Positions 27,408 to 41,318 of a stretch of DNA of 64,000 nucleotides are shown piece after piece; the first letter of the stretch is position 1, and each line of letters starts with the position of its first letter. Below the pieces are notes generated by a model that saw nothing but the letters and a program-made list of their open reading frames with translations, was not told where the DNA came from and did no database searches. The translations under genes were made by a program, and so were the position numbers. The stretch lies in the NCBI GenBank assembly GCA_053919585.1, contig CM132799.1; one strand, written 5' to 3'. The stretch comes from Euprymna scolopes. Lineage: Eukaryota.

Positions 27408-30148
27408 TGTATATAAACAAGGTTAATAGAGCAGAATTATTTAAAAATATTTTTATTTTTTTTGGTAGAATCTAATAAATATTTTTTCTGACTTATTTTC
27501 TTTTATGAATGTTTTCCTTTACCTCGAAAGGTTTAAATATTTGTCTGCCCTTTTGTGTAGCTTTTAGACACTAGAAAACATGTAATTTACAAAATAAATA
27601 CTGATAAGAATCCACCTAATAAGTGGTACTATGACACTTTATGACATTATTGAATGGGTTTCTCACAATATATTTTACTCATTTCTTTAAATTTGCTTCC
27701 ACTTTAGGCAGTCCGAAGAGATCATATTTTCATATCATTTATTCTTTTCTTTATGTCATTAGACGTTACCTATTTCCGGTTGTTTCTTAGGACACGTGCC
27801 TATAGTCAATTCAATGAATTCAATGACACCAACGGTGTATATAACTTTTCCATCTCTGCAACCTTTATATATTACAAATGCCACAGTGTAATGCGATGAA
27901 TTTAAATATTGGTGAAGCTAAACTTTCTGTACATTAATTACTATAATAACACAATTATACATTTTTAATATTAATATCGATGATTAGCATGTGTCTTGTG
28001 CAATGGGAAAAGTGTATGTTCTTATTTGATGCATGTTTAAAAAAGTATTTTCCAATTGTTTGGAAATTAGTGGATAAAATCCAAGCTTTCCAACACAATT
28101 AAAATTCGTACTACTCGATGATTATACGTGAGTTTTTGTTTTAAAATTTTCATGTACGTCGTAAGGAAGCTTTATTGTGTTTTTCATATATAAACTATGC
28201 TGTAAAAGTACGTTTTTTTCTTGCGTCAATTGTTTATTTCCTATTTTAAAATTAATTACTAGATTATTTTACGTAATTTTCGGTTGGGTTAATTTTTCCG
28301 TACTTAACGGTTAAGAGTTTTTATTTTCATATAATTAGCATAGCATGCACGCATTTTATATTATATTTATAAGTAATAGTACTCGATAACCGTACGTAAT
28401 TTTCGGACAGTGTTAAAATAAAAAAAATGTTTAAGTAAAAATTAACTGGACTATTTATTTTTTATTTAACTAAAATTTAGCGGTTTTATGTTTTATTTCC
28501 ACAAATTAAAATGAATAGATATCAAAACGACAAAGAAATACTCTATTCGAATATTACTCTTAGTCATTGAAAACATGTCTCCAATGTTTAATTTCTAAGT
28601 ATGGAGGCCTGTGGTTTGTGTGTGGGTGTGGGTGTTCTCTAAACGTATAAGAAATATTACTAGATACTTATTTACAAGTAATAAATGCATTATAAATACA
28701 TCCGGTTAACGCGACATGACATAGTGTTAGTAATTGGTTAATAATTAAATAGTATTCACTATATACCATAAAATGTCATTCTCTTTTGTTAAAATGCCTG
28801 CGGCCATGCCATATTTAATGTCGTGAGCCGAAATTGATTAGACCTTTCAGTTGTTTTACAATAGCTAGGTATATAATATCACACATAATCAATTTCCGAT
28901 TAGTAGCAGCTAGTAATTTAAGCAAAAATAAAATGATTCCAAAGTAATCGCAAAAATATTATAATATTATATTTTATTCAAATTAGGATGACACCCGGTT
29001 ATCTAATTACATAGGCAGCATGTGATATTTTAAATTTGTAGTGGTAAGTTATATCTACATCCATTACAAATCTTAACAGTATTTAGTTTCAAATGAATAC
29101 AAAAGAATAAATAGGGAAACTGTATGGGGTTTGATATAATATTTTAAATGCAGCGTTCGTTATTATTCCAAGTAAGACCTAACTTTTGCATGCGGAGAAG
29201 TTTTAAAATTGTATGTAAAAGTGCTACGTATTTACTTTTAAATAAAAACAAGTATCTGCAGGAAATCTGTTAAATTGCGACAGATACCTCTTTTTAGTTA
29301 CAAGTAAACTCCATGTGATCTTGTTTACATAGACGAAGGGTGATCGCTATATTCCAACATGCTTAAAGATAGTCGAATTTTTCCGCCTTCCTAATTTTAC
29401 AACAATATATCAGTGAGGGTTGACACTTTAACGAATGATAAAAAGAAGATTACTTAATACAATTGTAATTGGGTTTGTTTAGTATTGCGATATTGACACC
29501 GAGAGAGTCGTCTTCGGTTGGCAATATTTTACCCAGATTTGACACTTTCTATATTATGGAACAGGGTAGCTGCTTCTCTATAAGGTAAGCAAATAGAATC
29601 TATACATATAATTAAAAAAAACTTCCATGAAATAATCTAATGTAAAATCTATACTATTAACACTATTATATCCCACCACTACCATTAACATATACTTACT
29701 AGAAATATCTACTTGTACTGTTTGTTTTAGATGTTTGACTAAGTATACTTATACTTAAAAATGAAACAATATGGAAATGTTAATCAGTTTTATTGAGAAA
29801 AAAGGATTTTTGTGCATATATCAATCATCATATACTTACATGAAGCTATATGATATGAGATTAATATCACAGTTAAAGATGCGCCTGCCCTAAATTGCAC
29901 CGAAAGACATGTCTCCAGAGATGAACGAAGTATATCGATATCTTTAATGTCTGCAGTGGTAATCATCGGTTTTCCGATGAAAATGCGCGCTGTTTGATCT
30001 AATCTTGTAATATAATCGCTGCATAAATAAAGAGACAAATACCCGGATGCAACATTTCCATCAATATAATAATGATAACTTGTGATAAATATAATTCCGT
30101 ATATAACCACCTGGATATTCATTATAGAATCGTGATAAATGGTGATAC

Positions 30149-30212
<64 letters not shown>

Positions 30213-31370
30213 CTACTTCATTTACTCGCATTAAATTAATATACGAAAGTATAAATTTATGCGTAAACTTTAATTATTTACTTCAAAAGTGCTCAATACG
30301 TACGTAGAGCAAGTTAGTAAGTTATAAAATATATATGGCGCTAAAACTACACTGAATATTCCACGTTTTATCCACTCTAGGATTCCGCAGGCTTATGCGC
30401 GAATTTTGTGGATGTTTGTCGTTTTATATACGCAGCTTCTATTGAGAGTTTAGTTAGCCAACCACCGTGCCCTTCCTATCAGCCAATGATTATGCAGTTA
30501 CCGGACAAAGGCCTATTTGACTTCTATAATGTCCCAATGAAGATACCAAGTTATGTGTTCATTAACGTTTCGTCTTTATTGTAAGGCTTTTTCTGGATTT
30601 CATTAATCCCGAAGAAGTATTATAGTAAAAAGTAGACACATAACATGTTTAGTTTCTATGGTTTATATGGCTGCAATTTTATATGGTACATTGCAATGCT
30701 AATTATTTGCGGATTTTGCGATTCATGCCTTGCAGAGGTTAGAACAAACATTATTTAGTAAAATTTATTTACAAAAATAACCTTATTTACTCTACTAACC
30801 CACCGGGAAATGCTGTTGAATATCGGTGAGATTTTGTATTGAAATGCGACCATACGCAGGGACATCGAGCTAAGTATTATGATATAGGTTTAAGACGTAT
30901 TAATGATTTACAGATATAAGTATTTTATACAAAAATAATAACTTCGGAAGGAGTACCTATTCTAATTAAACAAAAAAGTATTTTATGTAAAACGAGTTAA
31001 AATTTCTTGTATATGTTATAATATATGTATTCAATGTTTCTTATAATATCTTTGTTTTTCTTTCTGTCAGTTCCACAAATTCTAATAAAGTACTGAGCTG
31101 ATTTGGCTGAGATTTATGTATAGTTCTTTGGTATGATATGGTGCAGCGAATTAGTAGTAGTATGGTATACGTACGATGCACATATAATGACTGATATGAA
31201 TTATTAGAGACACGAATTCAACTAAAACATAGATACGAATTAACTATATTCACCCAACTATTTATATTGATCACTCATTCTATTTAAAGAACATAATTAA
31301 AAATATGTATATCATCTACCCGTTTTTGAACGGTATAATATTCTGTTTTTGAATACACACACACGCACAT

Positions 31371-31418
<48 letters not shown>

Positions 31419-31494
31419 GATCGCAGTACATTCGTATTCGAATAATGTACTTACTTGATATAGCATTAAAAGAAATAGATACATGAAAACAGAC

Positions 31495-34402
31495 TAGTGA
31501 TGAGCCGCCTGAAAGTAGATTTTAAGCCCTGCCAAACTCTGGCATTCTTTGGCACACATGCTACAGACATGATGGTCACTTCTATGAACATTCAAATGCC
31601 GTTTCAAACCGCCTACTTTTTAACTTTCGCTCGCAGTTGACACAAGTAAGATCTGGCAACACAAGACTGTTTTATGGTCCATTGCGCTGATTAGTAGTCT
31701 GGTGGCTTATCAGCCCAGCTCTGCTCAGATATAATCTATTGCACACGTCACACTTGCGCATTCCCATTCTGAATATCACGCTTCCGTCGTTCATACTGAG
31801 TTAGATCAGCCTCAAACTTGCACACACCTTCCCGCAAGGCCCTTCTCCACTCTCCACAATCAAAAGAAAGACTCTCTCAGGTTTCTCATCCATCTCACAT
31901 TTGTAAAGGTAGACCTTAACAATCCTTGAATATCATTTTAGACATTTAAGCTAGACGTCTTCCCTCGGCAAGCTCGCAATAAAGACATTGTTTGGGAAGT
32001 CGACTGTCTGACATCCTTACCACCTGCCCACTCCGTCTCAGTCTATGTTTGATAATAAGTGTTTCAATGCTTAGACATCGGCCTCGTTCAAGAACCTTGG
32101 AATTACTGACATACATTTGCCAGTACACACCTAAGATTGGCCGTAGGCAAATCTGCTGAAACCGTTCCAGACGTCGCAAATGCTTTCTGTATGTTTTCCA
32201 AGTCTCACGAGCATAGAGAAGAGAAAATAGAACGCATTGATCTTTGTTTGTAGCGGGATTCCACGGCAGCTCCACAAACGCTTGTCTAACTTTCTAAAAG
32301 TATGACTTGCTTTGCTGATCCGTAACAATACCTTGCCGTCCAGGGCACCGGATGTACTTAGTGTGTTCCCGAAGTATACAAACTTAGCGACAACCGCTAT
32401 CTTCGACCGATAAACCTAAATCGATGGTTCATAGTATGGCGTACCTGTCGCAAGCTGATACAATAATTATTTTTTCAGATTGATAGTCAACCCTAATGCG
32501 CTGCAAGCAACCGCAAAGACGTCCACAATATGCTGCATATCAGCACCGTATGAGCCAGCAAATCACGGTCATTTGCATAGTGCAACTCACAAATCGTGTT
32601 AATGAGTACTTTTGTACTTGCATTAAATCGCCTAATATTGAACAACCCCTTCCCCCAGTATTTCGGTAACGAATATAGACACCATCAGAACAACCCTCGA
32701 ATGCCATTCGAAAGACCATGCTTAAATACAAAGCAAAGAGTCTGGATGCTGGAATGTCTCCCTGATTTACACTATTTTCTACTGAAATGAGATCAGCCAG
32801 TTTTCCCCGAAAGTTTACCACACCCTTCATATCATCATAGAAGAGCTTTAAGATGCTTACAAACTTGTCAGGACAGCCAAGCCTTTTCAGAATCTTACAG
32901 AAAGCAACCCTATTTACTGTATCAAAGGGCTTGCTTAAATCGATGAACACATGATACAGACCCTTTCGCAGTTCTATACATTTCTCCTGTAGTTGCCTGG
33001 CTGTAAAAATCATATCCACTGTCTCTCAACTACGTCTGAAACTACACGGCGACTCAGGCAAAATAACGTCAGCAATGTGCCGCAGCATTCTGTCTAGCAT
33101 GATCTTACAGAGCACCTTACCGACTACTGAGAGCAAGGAGATGCCTCGATAGTTTCCGCATTCATATCCGGCACTTTTCCCTTGTATAACACGCCCATCA
33201 ATGCATCCCGCCAATCCTGTGGAGCACACTAAGCACTCAAAGCAGTCTGTAACAAGTCTGCCAAGCGTTGCATCATTTTGACCGCAGAATATTTAAAAAT
33301 ATCTGCATCCAATCGATTCAAGTAAAAGGGCTTTCCATTTTTCAGTTTATGGACACCTGCTTGAACCTCCTGGAAGGAAGGAACCTTGATGTCTTTATGG
33401 CAAAAACACGCCTGATTCCCTCTTACATGATTCTACTCTACCGCTCCAGAAAATGATGTAGGCCCTAGCCAACTCTGAAAACTATCCCTCATCAGCCAGC
33501 CTAGTCTCGGATAGGGCAACTATGTCCATATCATAATGATGAAGTTTTTTAGATACAAGAGCAGATCTACGCATCTCGACGCTTTACTGCTTACGTCAAG
33601 TCAGGAAGCGTCCGAGTATTTGCAACAACCGGTGGTCATTGGCATATATTTCCTCGCAGTAGCATGATGAAGACCGGGTCCAGGCTGTGGACCGCTGAGT
33701 AACCTGCAGGCTCAGGCCCTGGCAGTTCGAGTTCCCTTATTGCCATTTACGTCCACAAATATATTAGCCAACTTCATTGAATGTTTTGCCGTTTTAGGCA
33801 ACAAGCATTTGTTTTATTAAGATATACACTGTTGATAAAATGTGCATATAATTTCATATCAAACAATACCTGCGTTTGAGACGTTTTATAGTGAGGGAAG
33901 ACTTTGAACTGAGACACCCCACTCTCTAAGCAACTGCTACATTTAACAAAAGAAAAAATAACACGTCAACAGCATTGGAAGCAGGAGTCACCGCAGGTTT
34001 TATATGAGGGGGTTTCTTCTCCTAGATGGGTTGCCTTGACCACGGCTAACGGGCGCTCTCTTCCCCACCATACAATTTGATACATTACTGGGACTTAGTT
34101 GCTGGGCACCAGAGCATACCTCACACGTTGGTGAGGCATGCATGCCGCAGCTGACAGGGCCTAAGCTCCTCTGGAGGTTTCTATCAGACATACCTCACCC
34201 TAAGCCTTTGGGTAAAGCACCATGCCCAACAAGGCCATGGAGATCCAGTTATACGACGCGGGACACTCGCTGTTCAACAATCCCTGTGTGCGTGACAGTG
34301 GGCAAGACGTGCACGTGGGGTTGATTTGTCTGGGAGAAGCAAATTATGAGGCTAAGACATCTGGGCCCTTTTAACACACGTCCACACCAGATCTTGACCA
34401 TT

Positions 34403-34405
<3 letters not shown>
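31495..34405 (-). mobile_element. RTE-clade LINE, decayed, with 5' UTR, EN start, large internal deletion, RT and 3' end
   Basis: EN piece DIVALSETRLADEG..IFWSG joined directly to the pre-RT region near 33400. RT: CGNYRGISLLSVVGKV, DMIFTARQLQEKC, FIDLSKPFDTV, RLRRSGQVVRMSDSRLPKQCLYCEL. The RTE-type 5' UTR motif GGCAACCCATCTAGGAGAAG is near 34015-34037. Confidence 0.92.
33758..33962 (+). mobile_element. 205-bp AT-rich insertion inside the RTE 5' UTR
   Basis: Flanked by the imperfect direct repeat ACGTCCACA (33749-33757) / ACGTCAACA (33963-33971). It ends in an A-rich tail. Confidence 0.5.
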
Positions 34406-34473
<68 letters not shown>

Positions 34474-35379
34474 CGATGTTTTCAGGGTAAGTCTTTATTT
34501 ATATTACTGTTTGTGTTGATATAGAATTTAGATTATTTTATGGATTGCCCTTCATTTATCATTTATCTTGTTCGTTTTTTTCTAATTTTCACATTGTTTT
34601 AGTATTGTAAAACGTTCAAAGTTTAGTAAAAATCGGAAAAGATTCTGGGGGAATTCGTGTAAATATATCCGGGCAGTTCATGTGAAGTAATACAGGTTTC
34701 CATGTCTTCGTAATGAAAACTCGCACACTAATTACTTCTTAATAAATAAAACGCCATCTAATACACTCTGTTATTATAGTTATTTACTTAAAAAATAATA
34801 TTTTGTAAAAAATTACTAGCATATTATTATAGGCAGTTATTTACGAATCATCCGGTAACTGCGCGTTTGTGTGTCTTTGTTCCATAGGTATTCATGATTA
34901 TATTTCCCATGAATCAAATTATTTTTTTGTTTGAGTAATATTCGTAAGAATTATTTCTTAAAAGACATCGAACATGTAAAGGTTAAGAACATACTTAGTG
35001 AATGCTTTAGTTCTGTGGGAGATACTAGATCTTTACTTCAGACAATCAGGCCTTTAGTAAGTGTCGTTAACAATTAGCTACTATCACCTCACAATTATAT
35101 GTTATTTTTATACCTTTTTTCCACAGGATAAATTCATATGCCCACATGAGTGGTTTATTTTCCTGGTTAGATTTTAGACTGTAAGTATGAGATTTCTAAT
35201 TTAAATAACTATAAAATCTCGCCGGCATTGTAGTCAGTGTTTGTTCACCGTAATTAAATTATTAAAATAATAACTAATATACATGTTGATAAGAATGTTG
35301 CAATCAACATTTTTTGTAATAATATGGAACAATGAAATTGGTGCAACAATCGTGGAATCTGTAGAGAAGAACAATACAA

Positions 35380-35580
35380 TGCAACACTGTCTTTCATCAC
35401 TCTTTCCGATGACTCCATTTAGCCTCGAAAGACATAGGGTACTCTCATCTAGGGACAGCTGTGCGTCTAATTGTGAGGCAAGGGTTGCGAAATCACCAAT
35501 CACACCCTTCCTGAATCGGTACTGTTTGAATCCAGTGGCAAGGAGAAGTCCAGGACGACTAGAAACAATGCCGAGATAAG
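35380..35580 (+). mobile_element. Decayed RTE-like LINE 3' coding fragment
   Basis: FHHSFR*LHLASKD and, across a frameshift, LPESVLF/NPVARRSPGRL resemble the RTE C-terminus (FH..CLR.IL.I.W.D ... LF....GKR..GRP). Confidence 0.4.
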
Positions 35581-36913
35581 CGAAGAGCATATATAAGAAC
35601 TGAAACTGCTAAATGGTAACCCATTTATTACTGACCATTTTCAATGTTGCTTAACCGGTGATCCAGCTGGAACAAGTGTGTCAACGTGATTATTCCGTAT
35701 CTCGTAGGTGTCATCACTATACTGCTTAATATATGCAGTTTAAATCAGTAATGCATATAAATGTGTTAAATATAAGAAAGTGGTATCTGATTATATGCTC
35801 CAAATACAATCAAGAAGGAACTCATACATTCTGGTAGATCTATTAGAGCAACACTTTTCACAGGTTTAGTTTTAAATGAACCAAAAAGCATATCGAGAAA
35901 AATGGAGGAATTATTGAGTAGTGTGCAAATAAAAATTGACTCAGATTGAATTTCTTCTAAGCTGGGTGATGGAATGCCACATCGAAATATATGTTCAGCA
36001 TTGCTTCTACTATAAAAGTCAGAGAAACAATATTTTTCAATAATAAACAAAAAAATATCTCCAATTTCATTAATATGTTTGATGCCATGTGTTTTTTTGT
36101 TTAGATCTTAACTTTTGAGACGTCACTACTCATGTATTTTATCGTGGTATATTAATGTATTTTCAATTGTCGACTCCACACGATAGGTCTTATGGAAATA
36201 TAGGAAATAATGTTATTTTATAAATATGTTGCCGTCGCCTTTAAGATCAGTAAATCTTAAGGGAATGTATCAATAGCAGCTGCAGTTATATTTACACCAG
36301 TGTATTTCTTTATACAGCAACTTTAACTACAAAACGACGTCATTTTCAGCCACACCCTTCAGCAATTTGGTGAGAAATGTCAAAACAGTAGAAATCTGGC
36401 AAAGGTTACAGAAGGTGTTAAAAGAAATCCAGTCTCATAGAAATGTGGACTGTCTGAATATATGAGTCTCACTTCGACATTTTGAAGACAATACATTAAA
36501 GGTTATGTAATCCACCTTAGACATTTGTGGTTTTACTTGGTATTGTTTATATTTCTGTTTTGTATAAGTCTTCGGGATTTCGTGATCTTTTTACAGCAAG
36601 ATAATATAAATAAAAAATATATTACATAAATACCAATACAATAACGACAGCAGTAAATTATACTTGCTAGAGAGTTACTATATTTACTAATCATAAAAAG
36701 TCTATGTTACAAAATATAGTAGAACTAGAAAAAATCGATCATGTCATACCGGCAGAAAATGTCATGAAATGTCTAAAAACGCTGGAAGTTAAGTAATCAC
36801 TGAACAAAATAACGAAATACTGGACTTTTTTGTGACACTCTTCACAAGAAAGGATAAAATGAGGAAATGGTTAGAAATTATCTAATTGGAGAATTTATTT
36901 TCTAACTAACATA

Positions 36914-36978
<65 letters not shown>

Positions 36979-37203
36979 TAAATTCTTGGTACAACAAAAT
37001 GGAAGGAGAAATTTCAGAGGAAACATAATTTAATGTAAATAAAAAGATCAAAGAAACTAAAAAAACGGGCAGGTGGAATTATTAAAATTTTCTTTAAGGC
37101 CTTATCGTCTGACCATCTAAGAGGAAACGTCAGAATGATAAATTAAAAGCTAAGAATCGAATGAGAAAAGAGGGAAATTGGTTTCAGTTGGAAAACCAGT
37201 GAG

Positions 37204-37282
<79 letters not shown>

Positions 37283-37344
37283 TCACTGTTCAGGTGGTTT
37301 TAAAATAGTAAATATTTCCAACTGATGTTTCAAAATCTTTTGTC

Positions 37345-37420
37345 TACACAGGCTAGGTCGAGAGTTATTAATGACTAACGCCTCAATGATATTGAGATGA
37401 TAGTTCGACCTAGCACTGTA
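37345..37420. mobile_element. About 75-bp MITE-like hairpin with Tc1/mariner-like ends
   Basis: Left end TACACAGGCTAGGTCGA versus right end TCGACCTAGCACTGTA. There is an internal CTCAAT-GAT-ATTGAG hairpin. Confidence 0.5.
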
Positions 37421-37436
37421 TAAAACAGAAAATCAA

Positions 37437-37512
<76 letters not shown>

Positions 37513-37983
37513 CGAAGGGAAGTTCGATTTTTATACAGTAATTTACAACACTTTATAAAGAATAAACTATTATAAATCACGTTGTATTCACTGTCTACGA
37601 GTGCATCATATAAGATGTCAACAGTACTATTCCGTGAATACATACATGAATGCAGTCGAGAAATTCAACGAATTGCTTCGTCTTTTACAGCTACGGAATT
37701 TTATATGAACACTAAGTAATGGTCTGACTGGCTTGTTGTTGCCAGGAGAAGCAGCAACGAACTAAATAAATAGATCCTCTTAATTCAACTGGCGATATAT
37801 CATCCTGGTTTAACATGTTAGACAAGATCAGGAGTCTTTGAGATTCAACAATTTACAATGACCCGCTTTTTACGTTGTAGACTTTAAGATTTTTCTATAT
37901 GCTCAGCGATGTGTTATTTTTATATTATCAGCCCATCTAGAACATATCAACACCCACACACGCACACACATGCACACACAAAC

Positions 37984-38045
<62 letters not shown>

Positions 38046-38049
<4 letters not shown>

Positions 38050-38355
38050 AAAATCTTGGGACCACTTAAGAAACTAAGCGTTTACGCCAATTATCGAACT
38101 TTTAAATAACAAATGACTGAAACCGTTGCCAAAAGGAATAATATGATAGAAAACAATGAAATCTCCTTCATTCGAAACCTTAACACTGATCTAATAATTA
38201 TTTTTTTTAAAGCAAACATTTTCACCTGGTCAAAATTATAAGACACCTGTTAATTTATGTAACAAAACGCAATTATAAATTACTAAAAAGGGTCTCAGTA
38301 TTTAGTATAGGATCTATTTAATCACATTACAACCAAGCATTTGCGCTTCTAGTAG
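38046..38355 (-). mobile_element. Tc1-like 3' end fragment
   Basis: Minus strand RKCLVV..NRSYTKY* matches the Tc1 C-terminal TKY stop. It is followed by repeated GTCAAAAT..T..GAC motifs (about 38047 and 38229), consistent with IR-DR repeats, and abuts (AT)n. Confidence 0.5.
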
Positions 38356-38659
38356 TAGAAGATTTCATTTTGGTAGAGAGTTTCGTTTTACACATACACA
38401 ACTTCTGCATTGCTGTATAAGCTCTTCGAGGTGTTTAAAGAGAAAATGGCATACGCTGGAATCGAGTCGAACACTCTAAACGAAATAAAAATGCAAATTT
38501 CACTAGAGGTTAGATTACGTAATAATACATTAATTACGTCTCACAACATGCATATTAACACGATAAGACCAATGTAAGCTGCACGCATTAAAATTATTGA
38601 TCCATTTTCATTAAACAATGTCTGCATGTACACCCCCTGAGAAAAAATGGGGCAAACAA

Positions 38660-39719
38660 ATTTTGTACAGTTTATTGCATTAAAGATACATTAAACAAAG
38701 AAGAATTGAACAGAATTGGTCGGCAAAGGAAATTAAACGAAAGAAATTCAAGGTGCGTATGCAGAAAGGTACAAAAATGTCTTACTCGTGGTGAAATTCA
38801 AACCCACGTCAGAGAACTTTAATTAATGTGAGCAAGGGTGCAATCAGTAGAGTTCTTAATCGTGCAGGTTTTGTATTAAGGTCAAAGGAAAAGTTCCATT
38901 ATTGAAGCTTAAACTTGTCAGATCACGTTTAAATTATGTTAAAACATATGGGGAACAACCCCAAGAATTTTGGAACAAGGTAATCTGGTCAGACGAAACG
39001 GAAATCGAAATCTTGGAATAAACACAGCAACACATGTATGGCGTAAAAATGGCAGCACCTATAATAAAAAAATATAATACCTACGGTTAAGTTTGGCAGT
39101 GGTTCGATTATAGTATGGGGGCGTTTTTTATCCAAAGGTACTGGTGAACTAGAAATCATCAATGGTAGAATGAATGGACGTATGTACAGGAATCTGGTGA
39201 TTAGTTGGGACATAATAGTAATTTCGTGTTTCAGCAGGACAATGATCACAAACATACTGTCAAGCTAACCAAAGAATGGCTTTGAAATAATGGAATTGAC
39301 GTTCTTATTTGGCCCAGTCAATCTCCAGACCTAAACGCAATTGAGAATTTCTCGATAATATTGAAGATCAATGTTCACAAGAGAAATCCACAAAATATTC
39401 AACAAGTAGAATAGTTCTGCAAAGTAGAATGGTGCACAATACCTGAATATATTTGCGAAAGACATGTGTGCAACTATAGAAAGTTATTGGAAGCTTTTGA
39501 ACGCAATAAAGGCTATGCAACCAAATATTAAATCAATGTATCCAATACTTTTGCGTTAGCTGATTTATATTTTTTCTTTTAATATAGACTTTCTAAACAT
39601 TAATTTTATGATTACTACCCCCAACATTAGAATAGTAATAGTAATATACTGACCAAATTTTAGGTAAAATCGTGAACCCTAATTAAAGTTATGAAGAAAA
39701 ATACCTTTGCGCGGCACTG
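38660..39719 (+). mobile_element. Tc1-like DD34E transposon, 5'-truncated, pseudogenised
   Basis: [35 protein letters not shown]...WPSQSPDLNAIE with 34 residues between D and E, and KGYATKY*. Right end ...GGCACTG|TA. Confidence 0.9.
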
Positions 39720-39727
39720 TATATATA

Positions 39728-41318
39728 CATGGGATAGGAAAAGAATGTACATTGATTTTATCGTATTTCTCAAAAAAATATCTAGTAAATTTTGATATAA
39801 GCTACACTTTATCTTTGAACAGATGTTATCTATCTAAAATCAAACGGAAATAAATATATACTTAGTTGATATATATTATTTTCCAAACATCAAATTATCA
39901 ATATGCAAAGGATTTTAACACTGCCAACTTCATACTTAAGCAGTAATTTTATCTTGCCACAGTATTCTAACCTATCGGAAATTTATTCTTAACAGTACTT
40001 CAATCATTGCTACAATATTTGAACCAATCAGGAGGAACCCTAAGGTTCTGGCTTCTTACAGGTCCGTTGATAAGAACACACAAATACTGCGCAGGTTACT
40101 TCTTTCAATGTAGTTTTAAAATTGTTAAGATAATTAAATTGACTAATGATAAGCACTAAGAAGTCATAGCCAGGCATAATAATTGACAGGGCTTCAGTTC
40201 AATATCGACAGAACTTTCTTTGGTGTTGAGTAGAATTCGGGCTGTATTGAGAAAGTGGAACACGTCAGCTGATAATATAAAGAGTCTTCTAAGAAGTGAT
40301 TAGCAACGTAAATTAAAAGATATTACTACTCCTTAGATTGCACGTAACGTAATGAAAGGACCATTTCTGGACCATTCAGAAATTCAAAAACATTCGCAAA
40401 AAGCAGGTATTGAGGTAAGCACATACACAATCAAGATACCATTGGAGCATAGGGGTTTGTATTCTAAACTACCGAGAAGAACTTCATTGTAAACTCCTAC
40501 AGATGTGAAAGATCGGTTGAACTTTGTATATGAATATCAATGTGAATTCGATTATTTCTAAAAGAAAGTTATTTGGTCAGATTGAACTTTTCTGGAGAAA
40601 CATAAACAGGCCTATATAGAGAAAAACGGCACATTATTTAAACATTCTCACTGTAAAATTTGGAGATAGCATTATGATGATTTGAGGATGTTTTTTCTGC
40701 AAGACTAGACTTTGAGTAATAAAACTCATAGAAGGAAAAATGAATGAAGACAAATACACACAGATTTAGTAAACGCATCTGTTACAGACTGTTACAGATT
40801 TAGGATTGGGCCGTGACTTTATCTTCAAGCAAGACAATGATCCCAAGCACAACGCTAAAATAACTATGACATGTTTTATTGGTAATGGGATAGGTGTTCT
40901 ACAGTGATCTTGCTAAATCCCATCCAAAAATGTGGAAAAGTTTAGAGTTAAAGGTGCTTGGAAGAGACTTGAATAATATCAAGGAATTGAAAAAAATGTT
41001 TCCGAAGAAGAATGGCTGTAAGTACAAGCAAGTACTTGTAAGAAGCTGGCGGGATGTGGTGGAAATTTTGGGAGGTTTTCAGGCAGAATAAAGGACACCC
41101 AACATAATATTAGCAAATTTGTTAAATATTTTTACATATGAGCTATTTTATTTTTTGTTAATAAATATTTGCCAACTAAGTATATTTTAATTTCTCGTTG
41201 GAATTTAGAATGATAATATATGTTTAAAGATAGAATGTACATTTCATCCAAACGCACCTGCTATTTCTTGAGCAAAAAGAAAAAAAAACAATGTGATAAA
41301 TACTTTTGCTACCCACTG
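39728..41318 (+). mobile_element. Tc1-like transposon with long (about 160-200 bp) TIRs, decayed
   Basis: 39728-39880 is a degenerate reverse complement of 41160-41318. Internal KVIWSD, TVKFG, FKQDNDPKHNAK and KGHPT*Y*. Confidence 0.88.

Noticed and set aside
29790-30158. 122-aa minus-strand ORF
   Set aside because: It starts within a microsatellite edge, has no recognisable domain and no convincing splice donor.
35766-36050. 94-aa minus-strand ORF / possible transposase relic
   Set aside because: There is no diagnostic motif in either orientation.
37088-37136. Additional hammerhead-like traces (also minus strand about 46830-46875)
   Set aside because: The catalytic core is incomplete (no intact CUGANGA plus GAAA pair with paired stems).
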